Shown in pieces: positions 28,376 through 40,258 of a DNA stretch of 64,000 nt. The notes beneath the pieces are model-generated. The model did not search any database. It worked only from the letters and a program-made list of their open reading frames with translations, and was not told the DNA's origin. The DNA is from Azolla caroliniana (lineage: Eukaryota; Plantae; Polypodiophyta), in the NCBI GenBank assembly GCA_043228905.1, contig JBHGNT010000012.1, positions 18,290,001 to 18,354,000 on the forward strand. The letters are read 5' to 3'. Each line of letters starts with the position of its first letter. Position 1 is the stretch's first letter. The position numbers and the translations under genes were made by a program.

Positions 28376-29134
28376 TGGAGGATTCCGGCCACCGAGAGAA
28401 AGGGAAGTCGGTTGTGTGTGAACAGGGGTGTGCTCGGATGCACATAAAAATAAAGTCTTGTGTAAAAACAATGTAAATAAGGAAAGTATTAATAAGTACA
28501 AGACGGGAGTAATTATTAGGTACTTTTGTGATCCCACTAAATGAGGGGAATAATAGGATATGATAGTAAGAGATCGAGGGAAATCAATGGAGAAAACGGA
28601 TGTCTTTATGTGTGATATAACAACCTCCCCTTGTGCTATAAAAAAGGGAGGTTTTGAAACTGTCCGAGGATCCATCGCTCTGTAGGTTTTCGGTTTTCCG
28701 CTCTGTGTATTCGTTAGGTGTTGGTGAGGCCTCCGCTCGCGTAGGAAGCCCATGTGCTCCTGACCAGAGGCTCATAAGTCCGGTGTGTGAGTGCGTGTGT
28801 AGAACTCGAAGCTCTCTCGCCAGCCGTGTCCATTTCGTTTTTGCTGGTTAATCCATTTTGTTTTTGTTGTACCCCGTTCTTCTCTCTGTGTTGAGCCCAC
28901 ATTCTCATTTTTGTTTCCGTCCATTCCTTGCATCTATCCGATTTTCGAGCCCGTGCGCTCATCTTCCATAATCCGGCGACAAGCCCGGATAGGATATGTG
29001 TGCCGAGTGCAAGCCTGTGTGCTCTGCGTGCATCTCCGACAATCGAGCCGGTTAATCATTGCAAGCTACATCTCTCTCTCTCTCTCTCTTGAGCTCCTTG
29101 GTACAAGGCCCCGATGGTCCTGCCCGATCCAACA
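28376..29134 (+). mobile_element. Probable solo LTR (~760 bp) nested in the copia integrase
   Basis: Non-coding insert between integrase segments FTCWHTPNQNGVA and NGVAKRKNR; TG...CA termini (TGGAGGA/TCCAACA); TATA-like CTATAAAAAAGG at ~28636; flanks TGTCA/TGTAC form only an imperfect TSD. Confidence 0.6.
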
Positions 29135-31157
29135 TGTACACGTGGATATCCGCAACACCGTTTTGATTTGGTGTGTGCCAGCACGTGAACTCTCATCGAA
29201 TTTCTTCTTGTCAGATATATGCGATGAACGCTTTAGAGAAGTACTCTTTTCCCCCATCCGACTCAAGGCCCATAACATGTCGGCCCATTTCTTTTTCGAC
29301 TCCATTTTTGAACTTTTGGAAGTGTGAGAACACTTTGCTCTTCTGGCGCATCGGAGAGATCCAATTGTGCCTGGAGTAGTCATCAATGAAGGTGACATAG
29401 TATTAGCATCCACCGAATGTTTCCATTTGTGCCAAACCCCAAACATCGAAGTGGATTACATCCAAGGGGCCTTTGCTCACGTTTCTCACTTTTGGAAACA
29501 GGTGTTGATATTGTTTTCCGAATTAGCAGCATTTACATACGGCTTCAACCTCCTTCTCTTTGAATGTTGGGAGTCCAATGATGACTCCTTCCGACTGTAT
29601 GCCCTTGAGCTTTTGGAGGTTGATATAGACGATTCTTTTGTGGCACAACTCTATGTCTATGTCAGCTTTGAGATCCATTGCATACATTGCCGATTTCATC
29701 TCATGAGAGTCGAGAATGAACATTCGGCCTTCTCTTCGTCCACGAGCAAGGAGTCAGCCCTCCTTCTCAATGAAGCAACCTCCGCGGTTGAAACAGACTT
29801 GTATGCCTTGCTCCACAACTTGGTCAACCTCTTCGTTATCATCAGAACATGCAGGACATTCTTGATGAAGGTTTTGTTACCTTCTTTGTTGAATGGGACA
29901 TTGCTGACATGCCGAATTGGATGTGTGGTGACGTCCCCAGTCTCCACATAGCTAGGTTGATCGGGCGTTCACAACTCACAAAACCATTCTTCATGTGGTC
30001 GGAGGCGTTAGAGTCAACAAACCATATTTCTTCCGAGCTAGAGGTGTTGGTCGGACCGGAGGTTGACATCGAGTTCGCTCTACTCCTCATTACGAACATT
30101 CCACCGTAATCCTCATAGTTGAAGTTGGAGGCATAGTTTGTGAGTTGAAGATTTGTGGAAGCCGACTCACTCTTCTTCTTTCGGCACTCCTTGTGTGGCC
30201 AAATTTGCCACAAAATCCGCTTTCCACAGAGTTGTATTGTCGTCTTGGTCGGACATGGAAGCTCCCCCTTCTTCTGAGCATTCCACGGTTGTTCCCGCTT
30301 TCTTGCCAAAAGTAAGTGTTGCCCTCATGAGACGGAGTTGACGAAAGTAAGAGTTTGGACCCCATCCAAATCTTCCTTAGCCAAATTAACCTCTTCTTCC
30401 GTGACTACATCCTCTACCACCCTTCGAATATGAGTAGAGCATGTGTCCTTCCGAGGCGTGCTCCTTGTTCAGACATGGTTTTCTTCGATCAGTAGCATTG
30501 ACTGAAGGTCAGAGACGGAAGGTGGATTCTCCCTTGCTAGAAAGGTAGTTCTCATGGTCCCAAACCGTGGTGCGAGGCAATCGATCATCAACATTGACGT
30601 TAATTGAGCCGAGTGAGTCACATTGCTCCTTGATCTTCAAGGTGTAGCTTGTGATCAACATGTCCTTTTCTTGGCCATCGTTCAACTCTTGACGGAGTTG
30701 AAGCTTGCGTGCAATCGTATTAGCTGTGAAGATCTTCTTGAGATTCTCCCAAGCTTATTTCGACGTCTTGGTTTCATGAATGTAGCCGAGCATGGGGTCG
30801 TGAACGCATGACGCCAAGCAATACAACACTCGACTTACCGCTTGCTCCCACGCTAGGTAGTCGGTGTGTGTTGGGTTGGGTTTGATTTCTTGTGCACCCT
30901 TGATGTAACACCAATAGCTTTGGCCGACAAACCATTGGTGCATCTTGTATTCCCAAGATGCAAAGTTGTTTCGATCCAACTTTTCACTAAGGAGAGAGCG
31001 GCCCATTTGAGTATTCATGATGGTCGAAATGGGTTTTCTTCTTCTTCTTCTTCTTCTTCTTCTTCTTTCTTAGATGAGTCAATTCTTCTTGAACATGAGT
31101 GTATGACACGACCTACGTAGATGGGCTAGATCAAGCTACCAAATCGATCTGATACCA

Positions 31158-31352
31158 TATAAATAATCACATAACTCGGTTAAGGAGTGGTGGAGTGTTC
31201 ATACTATTTATCCTTGAGGGATGGGACCTAAGGAAGAATGCACCAGATCAATGGTAGCTTGATGGTAGGTCAGTTTTTATTGTAATAATTGTTCATAACT
31301 AATGAAAGGATATTTTTCAAGAAAAAATAAATAAATAAATTGTGTGATTATG
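31158..31352. mobile_element. ~190-bp MITE-like insert between the PBS and the 5' LTR
   Basis: Imperfect 15-bp TIRs AATAATCACATAACT (31162) and AATTGTGTGATTATG (31338-31352); the insert separates a PBS that normally abuts the LTR. Confidence 0.45.
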
Positions 31353-31698
31353 TGTTGCGGAAAAATATTAGAGGGGTGTGTATGTGTATGTGTATGAGAG
31401 AAAAGAGAGAATGGACACACAATAGATAGAAAATAGAAACTGTATATTTCCCAAGAAAATGAATGGCAACCAACATTACAAAGGGAGAGAGGAGGGTGCT
31501 TATAAGGTCACCCTCTTTATATACACTCTCACTAAAACAACCTTTTCGGAAAGGGGGGAAACCTTAACTAACTCTTTAACTATGTGTAATAGACATTATA
31601 TTCTATGACACATTAGTTATTATTACAAGGTGGTGGTGTGTTCAAACACATTACCTACTCAGGTGTGTTCACACTCTAGTTGAGTTTGATTCTCAACA
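31353..31698 (-). repeat. 5' LTR of the copia element
   Basis: TGTTG...CAACA termini; matches 25871-26205. Confidence 0.85.
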
Positions 31699-33999
31699 GG
31701 CGACATATGTGAAATAGAATCATAGCACATTATCTTATAGGCAAGAGATAGCTAATATAAATTCTTACAATGGATAGATAAGTCGTGAAGAGTTAAGTCA
31801 CCATAACTCTCAACACGTTTCCCCTTTAGATTTCCCCAAAATTTAGCAGATACATGTGCTTTCTCTTGCGTTTGGAGAAATTGTTGCGTGACTTCCCATA
31901 TTCTTCTCTTTCTTTGAATATTAAGCCTTTTGTACTCATGCAAATGCGTTTGGTAATTTCCTTTATCCGTAATACATCCAAAGTCATAAGGTGCTTTCGA
32001 GCTCATGACATTCTTTATCAAACCATTTTTTCTTTGAACTACATTTTTTGGTGCATTTCCAAGATGTGTGGTTAGTCGAAAAACATTTGTTTGTGCAAGA
32101 GAGAATGACTTTCTTAGAAGCTTCCCATTTGCATTCTAGCGTGGCACCATGTTGTATCTTTGTCATTTGTAACATATCTTCAACCATCTTGGAATACATG
32201 GGCGTTCAATTAAGGTCTGTGTTCAAGTGCGGTTGTTTATTATCTTCAATGGCCTTCTCACAATGAAACCTATGCATACATTTGAGGTCAATACATAAAC
32301 TTGCCCTATGATCGGATTCTAGTGTCCATTCACCAAGTGAGAAATTATGTATACGATCCAAAATATCTTTGGAAAGTAGCGCATAGTCAATCACACTATT
32401 TCCATTGTGTTTTCTACATGTAAAACCATTAGTGTTGGGCCATAAGGAAGCATCATTTGCAATAAGAAATCTGGTACTATTGCACATTTGTAGAGAGAGA
32501 GAGAGAGAGATATGAAATTGGACCATGAGAAATGGGTTCTTGTTTGATGGACTTCATGGGGTAACACAACACCTTCGTAGGATGAAAGGGATTCAGTTGA
32601 TTTGGCAATTTTCACAACTATGTTGTATGGGGACGTTGTCCCAAGAGGAGATGAACTTATGTCATCTAGTTTTACAACACTTGATATGAGGGTTTCCCTT
32701 GCACTATCACTATTTATGAAGTATGAAGATATCAAGGATTGTATTATCGTCTTGTTTTAATAATAAACATTGATTTAAGAAAAGAGAGAGAGAGAGAGAG
32801 AATCGTATCTCACGAGGTCCTGTCAACTATGATGCATCAAAGCTAGGACTTCTTTCTAGACAAATATTATTTGTTATTTGAACTTGAGCTCTTATTTTAG
32901 TCTCTCTCGATGAACTTTTTGCATGTCTTCCAATGTTAAACTAGAATGTAGTAAGTTCCTTTTGAGATTCTAGCAACAATACAACACAAAGATTTACTTG
33001 CAATGTGTCCCTATAGTTCAAGGGGGCTATGAAATGACAATATTGTCATTTAACCCAAGTTTTTGAATATCACATCGTCTTGAAGATAAAATCACACCAA
33101 GGTTCTTGTCCATCTCAACATTGGATTTTTAGAGAGCCAGGACATGTTTTTGTTGGAGGTGATTGTATGTCAATGTGTGGTTGTTTACCTCGTTGGATGT
33201 TTGTCGATGAAAATGGAAAGTTTGAAGGAGTAATAGAAGTTAGTTTGCTATGGCTTCTAGTATGTCTCAATTGACCAAGAAAACAAGAAAACACTTGAAA
33301 TTATAGTGAATGTTAATTATAGGATAGCTAAAGTAGATTAATTCACCAACATTTGTCCGCTTTTGACTTGTTGAGTCCATCTTGTAATATAGATAACTTG
33401 TACCCTTTTTCGATCATGTAAATAAAGCTAGCACTTAATATGAAGATCCCACGTAATCAAATATAGCCATAATCAAGGCTTCTACATAGAATTTGTTGAT
33501 TCATGCTCATGGCCAAGCAAGATATTATGCAGGGCATTTATTGTCAGAACAAGTCTTGTTGGTGTTATTGGTGGTGGTGATGTTCATGTTTGTGTTTGTG
33601 TTTGTGTTTACGTTTGTGTCAATGTTGGAATTTAGAACAAAAAAGATAATATACAATTGACTAATGCATTAACAAGTAACGTTAACAAAAACTCCATTCC
33701 CTCTTAAATTAGAATTATCATTGGTAACCCTTGACTGCCTAATAAGAGTTCTTGTGAAAAAGAGGAGTGTTGTAATGGTTATTGGTGAATCATCAAATGG
33801 CTCCATATTTACATTAAATTAATGTATGCACGGATGCATGATTGTATGCAGGTAAAATTTCTTGCATGTATGTTTGTATGCATGTACAATTGCTTACATG
33901 TATAGGTGTATTATTGTGATGTGTATCTATGAACAATTTAGTGTATGACTATTATGTGAATATGCATATGCGTAAATGTATTTATGTTTGAAATATTTT

Positions 34000-34385
34000 A
34001 CAATATTAAACCTTGAATTTGATGTGTTGCATTATGTTGTATTTACCAACAACGTGATCCATCTATCAACATAAGGAAGCACCCTAATACCAAAGGTAAA
34101 GGAACGAATTGTTGGCTAGACATTCAAGCATGGAACTCCATTGGACTATCATAGATTTGTGTTAGGGACTAATAGATGATAAAGTAAGAATTTGATTGAA
34201 AGCAATAATTTAATATTAATATTAAACCTTGAATTTGATATGTTATATTTACCATCAACTTGATCCATCTACCAACATAATAGAAGCAAGCACCCCTATA
34301 TGATAATATTGAAGGTAAAGGAATGAATTGTTGGCTAGACATTCAAGCATGGGACTCCATGAAATAGCATAGATTTGTGTTAGTT
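34000..34385. repeat. Diverged tandem duplication, period ~215 bp
   Basis: AATATTAAACCTTGAATTTGAT...GAATTGTTGGCTAGACATTCAAGCATGG...ATAGATTTGTGTTAG occurs twice. Confidence 0.8.
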
Positions 34386-35836
34386 TGTGCTAGTCATACT
34401 TACATGAAATTACTCTCAAAGACGTGTAGACCTACTAAATTCTAAACCAAGATGTTTATTCATTAAACACTACTAACATTTAATAATTAGTATACAATAC
34501 ACATATGTTCATGGTAGTATACATGTAAATATTTCAATATTCATGGGGGAAGGTCAAAGGTTGGTCGAGTTGTATGTTGGATCCATATCAACATAGTTAC
34601 CCATATAAAAAATCCATCAAACATGGTTATCCATATCAACAACAATCCATTGAACATAGTTATCCATATCAACAATCCTTTGGTTTCACACTTTTATGAC
34701 TCATCTAAGGCTCTCAAAGATGATGGATCTTATAAAAAGTCAATATAAATATGTCCATACATATACAAATTTCTATAATATTCGAGTTATCAATTTAGCA
34801 TTGTGAAAACATTGGCTTTAAGATGATTGATGATGATAGTCGATGTATGATTGAACTCATTTATATGAATAATCATTGGCTCAACACTTTGTGAATCCTC
34901 TGAGGCCCTATTAGATTGTGTATCTTGTCCAAAATCCAACACAAAGTTATAATCAAGACAAGCTGCAAATTTCAGCTATCAATTTAACAATGGTAAACCA
35001 CTAGAAAATATGGTATTGGCTTGGAGAGGATTGAAGTATGATCGAAGTGAACTACTTCCACCCTCAATTAAAACGAAAATAAAAAGGACTAACCTTTTGT
35101 GGTAGGCATTGGAACCTACTAGGTGTAAGTTATCGAACAACTACGTTATATGTTGCTTGCACTCAAATGAAATATAAATAAAACAAAGAGCTGACAATTT
35201 CAAATCTATGTCATATCTATATTAATCATTAGAAAGTAAATGATAAGTAAATCTGGTTTATAGCATCAGTATCTTGAATAGGAATATGTAATGACACATT
35301 TTAAGTTCTACGAATTAAAAATGGTGCATGGGTCATTACCATGTCATGCATAAATGCAAATCAAAGTTCTAAGGCTAACATGCTATAATCATTTTATTCA
35401 AGGTGTGCATAAGAATAAAAAAAGACACATCACCATATGCATCTCATTTGCCTAAAATTCAACCTATCAAATCATATTAATTCAATAGAGAATCCAATAG
35501 GAAAGAGTATTAGATTGTATATTAATTCTTATGTGTTAATATAGCTTTAAAGCCCATACTATATCTAGGATTATAAAAGCTTATGAAACTATCCAACATG
35601 CTTTGTATATCATTTCATAACTTATCTTATCCTTGGTTAGATGCCCAATTACCTTATGTAATAGGGGTGATCAATGGCATATCGTTGCATAGCTAGGGCT
35701 GCAAACATCCTGCAAACTATTCAATATATGTAGTCTAAAAACTGATTTTGAATTTTAATTACTGGAGAAGGTACAAATATATTTACATTTCTAGTTGAAT
35801 GAAAATCTTGTATAACACTTCATTGGCATGTGTGCT

Positions 35837-37261
35837 CTATGCAACTTCAGTTGTTGGGATTGGATTTGGGGTCTTAATTGGCTTCACATCTATCATTTGA
35901 GGACCATAACTAGTTGAAGGTGGAGGTTCTACGACATACTTGTAATATCCGGGGCCATAATTCTTACTAAAAAGACCGACATGTAGTAGAATTAAGTACA
36001 TTAGCTGAAATAGAGCCAATATTATTACAAAAGCCTCCAATGTTTCCTACAAAAAAATCACCGAAAAATGTTGTGAACAATCAACATTTGAAGAAAAAAA
36101 TTTGTGTCCAACATACTTGAATGCTTTCAAAACATTCAATGGGTAGAACAAATTATAAATACCATTGTGGAACCCCGACGAACGGAGGAATTAATCTCCT
36201 TGCACGCCATCCTAAGACAAACGAGCAATTTACATCCAACGTTTTAGTTATGAACTTAAGAAATTAGTATCAATATTTTGAGCAAGACCAATTAAAGCCC
36301 CTAGAACTACAAGTCAAGATGCACTTAATTATGAACTTACGAAACTAGTATCAATACTTTTAGCGAGACCAATTAAAGTTACTAGAACTGCAAGTCAAGA
36401 TGCACTTAATTATAAACTTGCGAAACTAGTATCAATATTTTGGGCAAGACCAATTAAAGATATTGGAACGACAAGTCAAGATGCACAACGAAGCCATTCT
36501 TCTGAACTCATTATATTTTATTATAGTTCTTAGGGGTCACCTACGGGACCAATGTGAAACATTATCACATAAAGTGTGGAGCTAACAAATTGATTTGATG
36601 CTAGATAAGATTCATAACATTTTATTATAGTTCTTAGAGGTCACCTATGGGACCAAAGTGAAACATTATCACATAAAGTGTAGAGTTAACAAATTGACTC
36701 TCACGCCCTTTCTAGATTTAATGGAGAGGATACTCACCCAAATGCAAGAAGAATAAGGAGCCAAGCAATGAGAGAAGATGAGGCTGCTGCGACACCGCTT
36801 TCTCCTCTCCATGCATGCAAGTGATGGCATCCAGCTAGCACAGAACCCATGCCCACAACACCTGCTATTGATGCCATGAGTGCAAAAGTGTATTCGATAC
36901 TTCCGAGGGACGATGACATACTGTAGTCGTCGACTACATCTTAATTACAAAAGACGAACATAATGTATAAAAATAAATTAGAAAGCAATCAAACTTGCAA
37001 ATAAATTGCTTGAAAATGTATGAACTACTCAAAAACAAATGAATGAAGAAAATCATTTTACGGATTCATATCGAGGAGGAAAAAAAGAGCAAAGTTAGGA
37101 GAGTTAAGAGCAAGAGAGGAACATAAATTTCACTTACATCCACGATCGAAAAATTGATTGAGAACCCATCCTGCGAGCGCGAGAACTATGAGGTACATGA
37201 TGAAGAGGAGGAGAAGGAAGGAGGCAGCAAGAGACCTTGCAACTTGTTGAGGCACGACCAT
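35837..37261 (-). CDS. AWPM-19-like (PM19L) ABA/stress-responsive membrane protein, ~194 aa, 4 exons (37261-37138, 36939-36738, 36211-36163, 36046-35837)
   Basis: Spliced translation MVVPQQVARSLAASFLLLLFIMYLIVLALAGWVLNQFFDRG...FALMASIAGVVGMGSVLAGCHHLHAWRGESGVAAASSSLIAWLLILLAFG-MACKEI...ETLEAFVIILALFQLMYLILLHVG. It shows the AWPM-19 motifs (AGVVG..S...G.HH...WR.ES, GxACKEI, LEAF.IIL); all introns are GT-AG with consistent phases 1, 2, 0. Confidence 0.9.
36249..36700. repeat. Intronic tandem repeats: 3 x 81 bp (36249-36486) and 2 x ~105 bp (~36516-36700)
   Basis: TATGAACTT..GAAACTAGTATCAATA...CAAGTCAAGATGCAC units at 36249, 36330, 36411; TTTTATTATAGTTCTTAG.GGTCACC unit twice. Confidence 0.85.
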
Positions 37262-39349
37262 GGCTTTCCTTTCTTGGATTTCCTGCCTTCCTTCTTACAA
37301 TGGTGTTCATCATCAACCTCACCGCTTCCTTCATCAACAAGCTTTATCTCTCTCCTTTCCAAATTGGGTAACTTTCTACACGTAGCAATACTTCAATTAA
37401 GAGAACTCATAAAATCAATTTGTTGAGAAACACATACTCCTATATTTCTATATTTGCTCAGATACCCCTAAATTTTCATAAATACCTAAATACCACCCCC
37501 CCCCCCCTTATTGAAACAATTAGGACCTCAACCCTAACAATGAGATGTTGTCTCCTAGCTGCAATTTAGATCCAATTTTCCATCTAAATTTAAAGCAAGC
37601 GCCCATAACCTTAGTGCAAAAATGAATCCCGATATAAGCTTCAAAAAAAGTAATGGCTTCAACATTTCTTGAAGAGCCAAAATTTGGTTTAAATGTAACT
37701 CCATAGATACATGATATTACATTTGTGTTTATATATATGCTTCAACAAATGTGTTTTTCAATATAAACCTCTCCAAAAGCTTGTCCATGATTATGTTGGC
37801 GTAGGATGTTATAATTATATTACGATATTGGTTTTATAGTAAAGCTTTATATAATACACCAATAGGAAATGTCAACATGAGGTGAAAACTCACAAAAAAC
37901 ATCTATTGTACAAAGCTATGCTCGAAAGCATTTGAAAATTTGTGAAGGAAAATATTATGGGCTAAGGGTATATCACATTTGATACTATTAATTACATGGA
38001 TAAATCCTTCATAAAGAAAAATTGTCATTATGCATGGACACTAATTGGATGTTGTTGAGAGGTGTAGATATCTTTTAAAAACTTTGTACAACTATGGGAT
38101 TTCATTTGCGTCATTATTGTGGGTCATAGATTTCTACTATTAGAGATCAATTTTTTGTTTTTATTTGAGATCCATAGATTTAGAGTCTCTCATATGAAAT
38201 GGCTCTACAATGGAATCTATAAATTCTTGTCAATTTTCACCGAAGATCTATAAATTCAGCATCTCTCACAAGGGGTAGACAAGAAACAAAGCTACCACAA
38301 AAACATGTGTAAGAAGACTTCTTAAGCCATTTGTGTTGAGAGTCCAAAGAGGATGGATGGCCAACATGCCATAGAGGGATTTTTCTTGATGAGAATGCTC
38401 ATAGGTTGATTTACCACATGTTCTACCTCTCCCATATATGAATTTACTCCGTACATTTTATCCTCTTCATTACTTTTACCCTAGACCTTGCATCAGTGTA
38501 CCCCTATTTACATAGGGAACATACTTGGATTGGGTTGCAATTTAGAGATTATGAGATTATGATGCAAGGTCTAGGGTCAAAGTATTTAATTAGGAGGGAC
38601 ATCCTATTTACGTAAGGATACAAGACGGTGATAATCCAACTTGTTGTTAGGCTTGGTAGTCTTTACGTCATTTCATAAGAGCCATTCATGATCATGAATC
38701 CAAAAATTAGTTGCTTCTCATGAGAAATACTTTGACGGTCAAGTCCATTACTTTTACCCTAGACCTTGCATCATTGTACCCCTATTTACATAGGGAACAT
38801 ACTTGGATTGGGTGCAATCTTTGACCAAACCAATGAGATTATGCTTTATCTCGATGTCCCTCCTAATTTTCCATATAGTGTTCCATGTATCATTTTTTGA
38901 ATCTTATACTTTGATCTCTATTCTTAATCGCATTGATCCTCCCCCATCATCCATTGAACTTGAATTCCAAGTTGTGATCAAGAACCGCTACAAGGTGGCG
39001 AGCATGCATATGTCCAACTATGTTTTATTAGAAGGTGCCCTAGTTATTGATGAACCATTATTGCTCAACTCTAGACTTTAGTGTGTCATTGTAAATGTTC
39101 TCTCTTTTATTCATAGGATATATTGCTTCTTCTTATCCCTCTTTTCTTCCTACACTCTCTTACAATTCAAGCTAGTTTTTTGCTTCAACCCATAATATGC
39201 CTAATTTAGGTTTTTGGCATACAGACTCTTGCAAACTATTATGGGAATCTTGCAAACTTTTACGAGAAATAAAGGATCCCTATATTTTTTCAATCCATTA
39301 TGAACAATCTAACTTCTTCTATAAGAATTGAAACACGTATAAGGCATCA

Positions 39350-39945
39350 TGATGGCAAGTTGTGCATATTGGGAGACAGGTCCCTCCGGATGGGAAGGGA
39401 GAAGAACAGTGCCGACGAACAAACTCAGGCCGAGGCCGATAGGCCAAGGCCGAAACGGTATGAGGAGAACCCGGCTACGGAGAGCTGGATGATACAGACC
39501 CGGTGAAGACCGGATGAGGAGTACCCGGCTACGGAGAGCCGGATGATACAGACCCGGTGAAGACCGGATGAGGAGTACCCGGCTACGGAGAGCCGGATGA
39601 TACAGACCCGGTGAAGACCGGATGAGGAGTACCCGGCTACGATGGTGCAGACCCGGTGAAGACCGGATGAGGAGTACCCGGCCACGGAGAGCCGGATGGT
39701 GCAGGCCCAGTGAGAACCGGATGAGGAGCACCCGGCTACGGAGAGCCGGATGACGCAGACCCGGTGAGAACCGGAGGAAGAGACATATTCGTAAATATGT
39801 TTCTGAGAGCCCATCGAGGCTATATTTGTAAATAGCCGAAAAAGTCATATTAGTATAAATATGACTTAGGGCAAACTAGGAAATATGTAGAACAGTAGTT
39901 GTTATTTTTCTTGTTGGTGCAAGAAGAAGAGAGAGCACGTAACTG

Positions 39946-39985
<40 letters not shown>

Positions 39986-40258
39986 GGTCGTTGCCTCTGT
40001 TGTAATCGCCGCCTGTGGCGAAGATCGTGAGCACGAGGTCGTTACCTCCATGAACTCACTGTTTTGTACATTCTTACATAGCGACAGTTTGCAGCCTGTG
40101 GGCTACCGTGGTTTTTCCCCTAGTTTGGGGTTTTCCACGTAAACCTCCTGTGTATTTTCTCTCCTTTGTGTCGTGCATTTGTTTCCCGTTTTCTGCGTAT
40201 GAAAAGAAGCTTGGTTTTGGCCGAGCGTTGGACATAAGGAGCGCTTGAGTTCCCGTCA
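39350..40258 (+). mobile_element. Solo LTR (909 bp) containing a 54-bp tandem array
   Basis: TG...CA termini with imperfect inverted repeat TGATGGCAA/TTCCCGTCA; 5-bp TSD CATCA/TATCA; TATAAATA at ~39854; (GA)n; GTGGTTTTTCCC..GGGGTTTTCCACGT stem near the 3' end. Confidence 0.8.
39471..39780. repeat. GC-rich 54-bp tandem repeat (about 6 copies) within the solo LTR
   Basis: Unit CCGGCTACGGAGAGCCGGATGATACAGACCCGGTGAAGACCGGATGAGGAGTAC; one copy has a 12-bp deletion. Confidence 0.92.

Larger units (their letters stand above)
25871..31698 (-). mobile_element. Degenerate Ty1/copia LTR retrotransposon
   Basis: Minus-strand order gag (KLDRNNFASW, 31018), protease (WFVDSNASDHM), integrase (NGVAKRKNR), RT (KAIGCKWIYKVK, QMNVKNEFLQGEL), RNase H (ALSSIEAEY, ADIFTKAL); LTRs at ~25871-26205 and 31353-31698; Met-tRNA-type PBS at 31146-31157 (reverse complement TGGTATCAGATC). 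Confidence 0.92.
25105..32490 (-). mobile_element. RTEX/CR1-like LINE with internal deletion, split by a copia insertion (pieces ~25105-25870 and 31699-~32490)
   Basis: C-terminal RLSSHELQCEMGRW...CRLCPKQV..SEYHTLI (25276-25566) is fused directly to the RT N-terminus near 25550; after the copia the sequence resumes colinear with 23930-24450; APE endonuclease motifs GNSVIDYAL...ESDHR at ~32300-32440. Confidence 0.8.

Noticed and set aside
29367-29951. 194-aa plus-strand ORF
   Set aside because: Antisense to the copia protease/integrase region; such shadow ORFs are common in copia elements.
37376-37386. ABRE-like TACGTGT (minus strand) upstream of the PM19L ATG
   Set aside because: Single imperfect short motif, possibly inside the 5' UTR; expected by chance.
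39309-39848. 179-aa and 129-aa repetitive ORFs
   Set aside because: Translations of the 54-bp (18-codon) tandem array inside a solo LTR; no evidence of a real protein.
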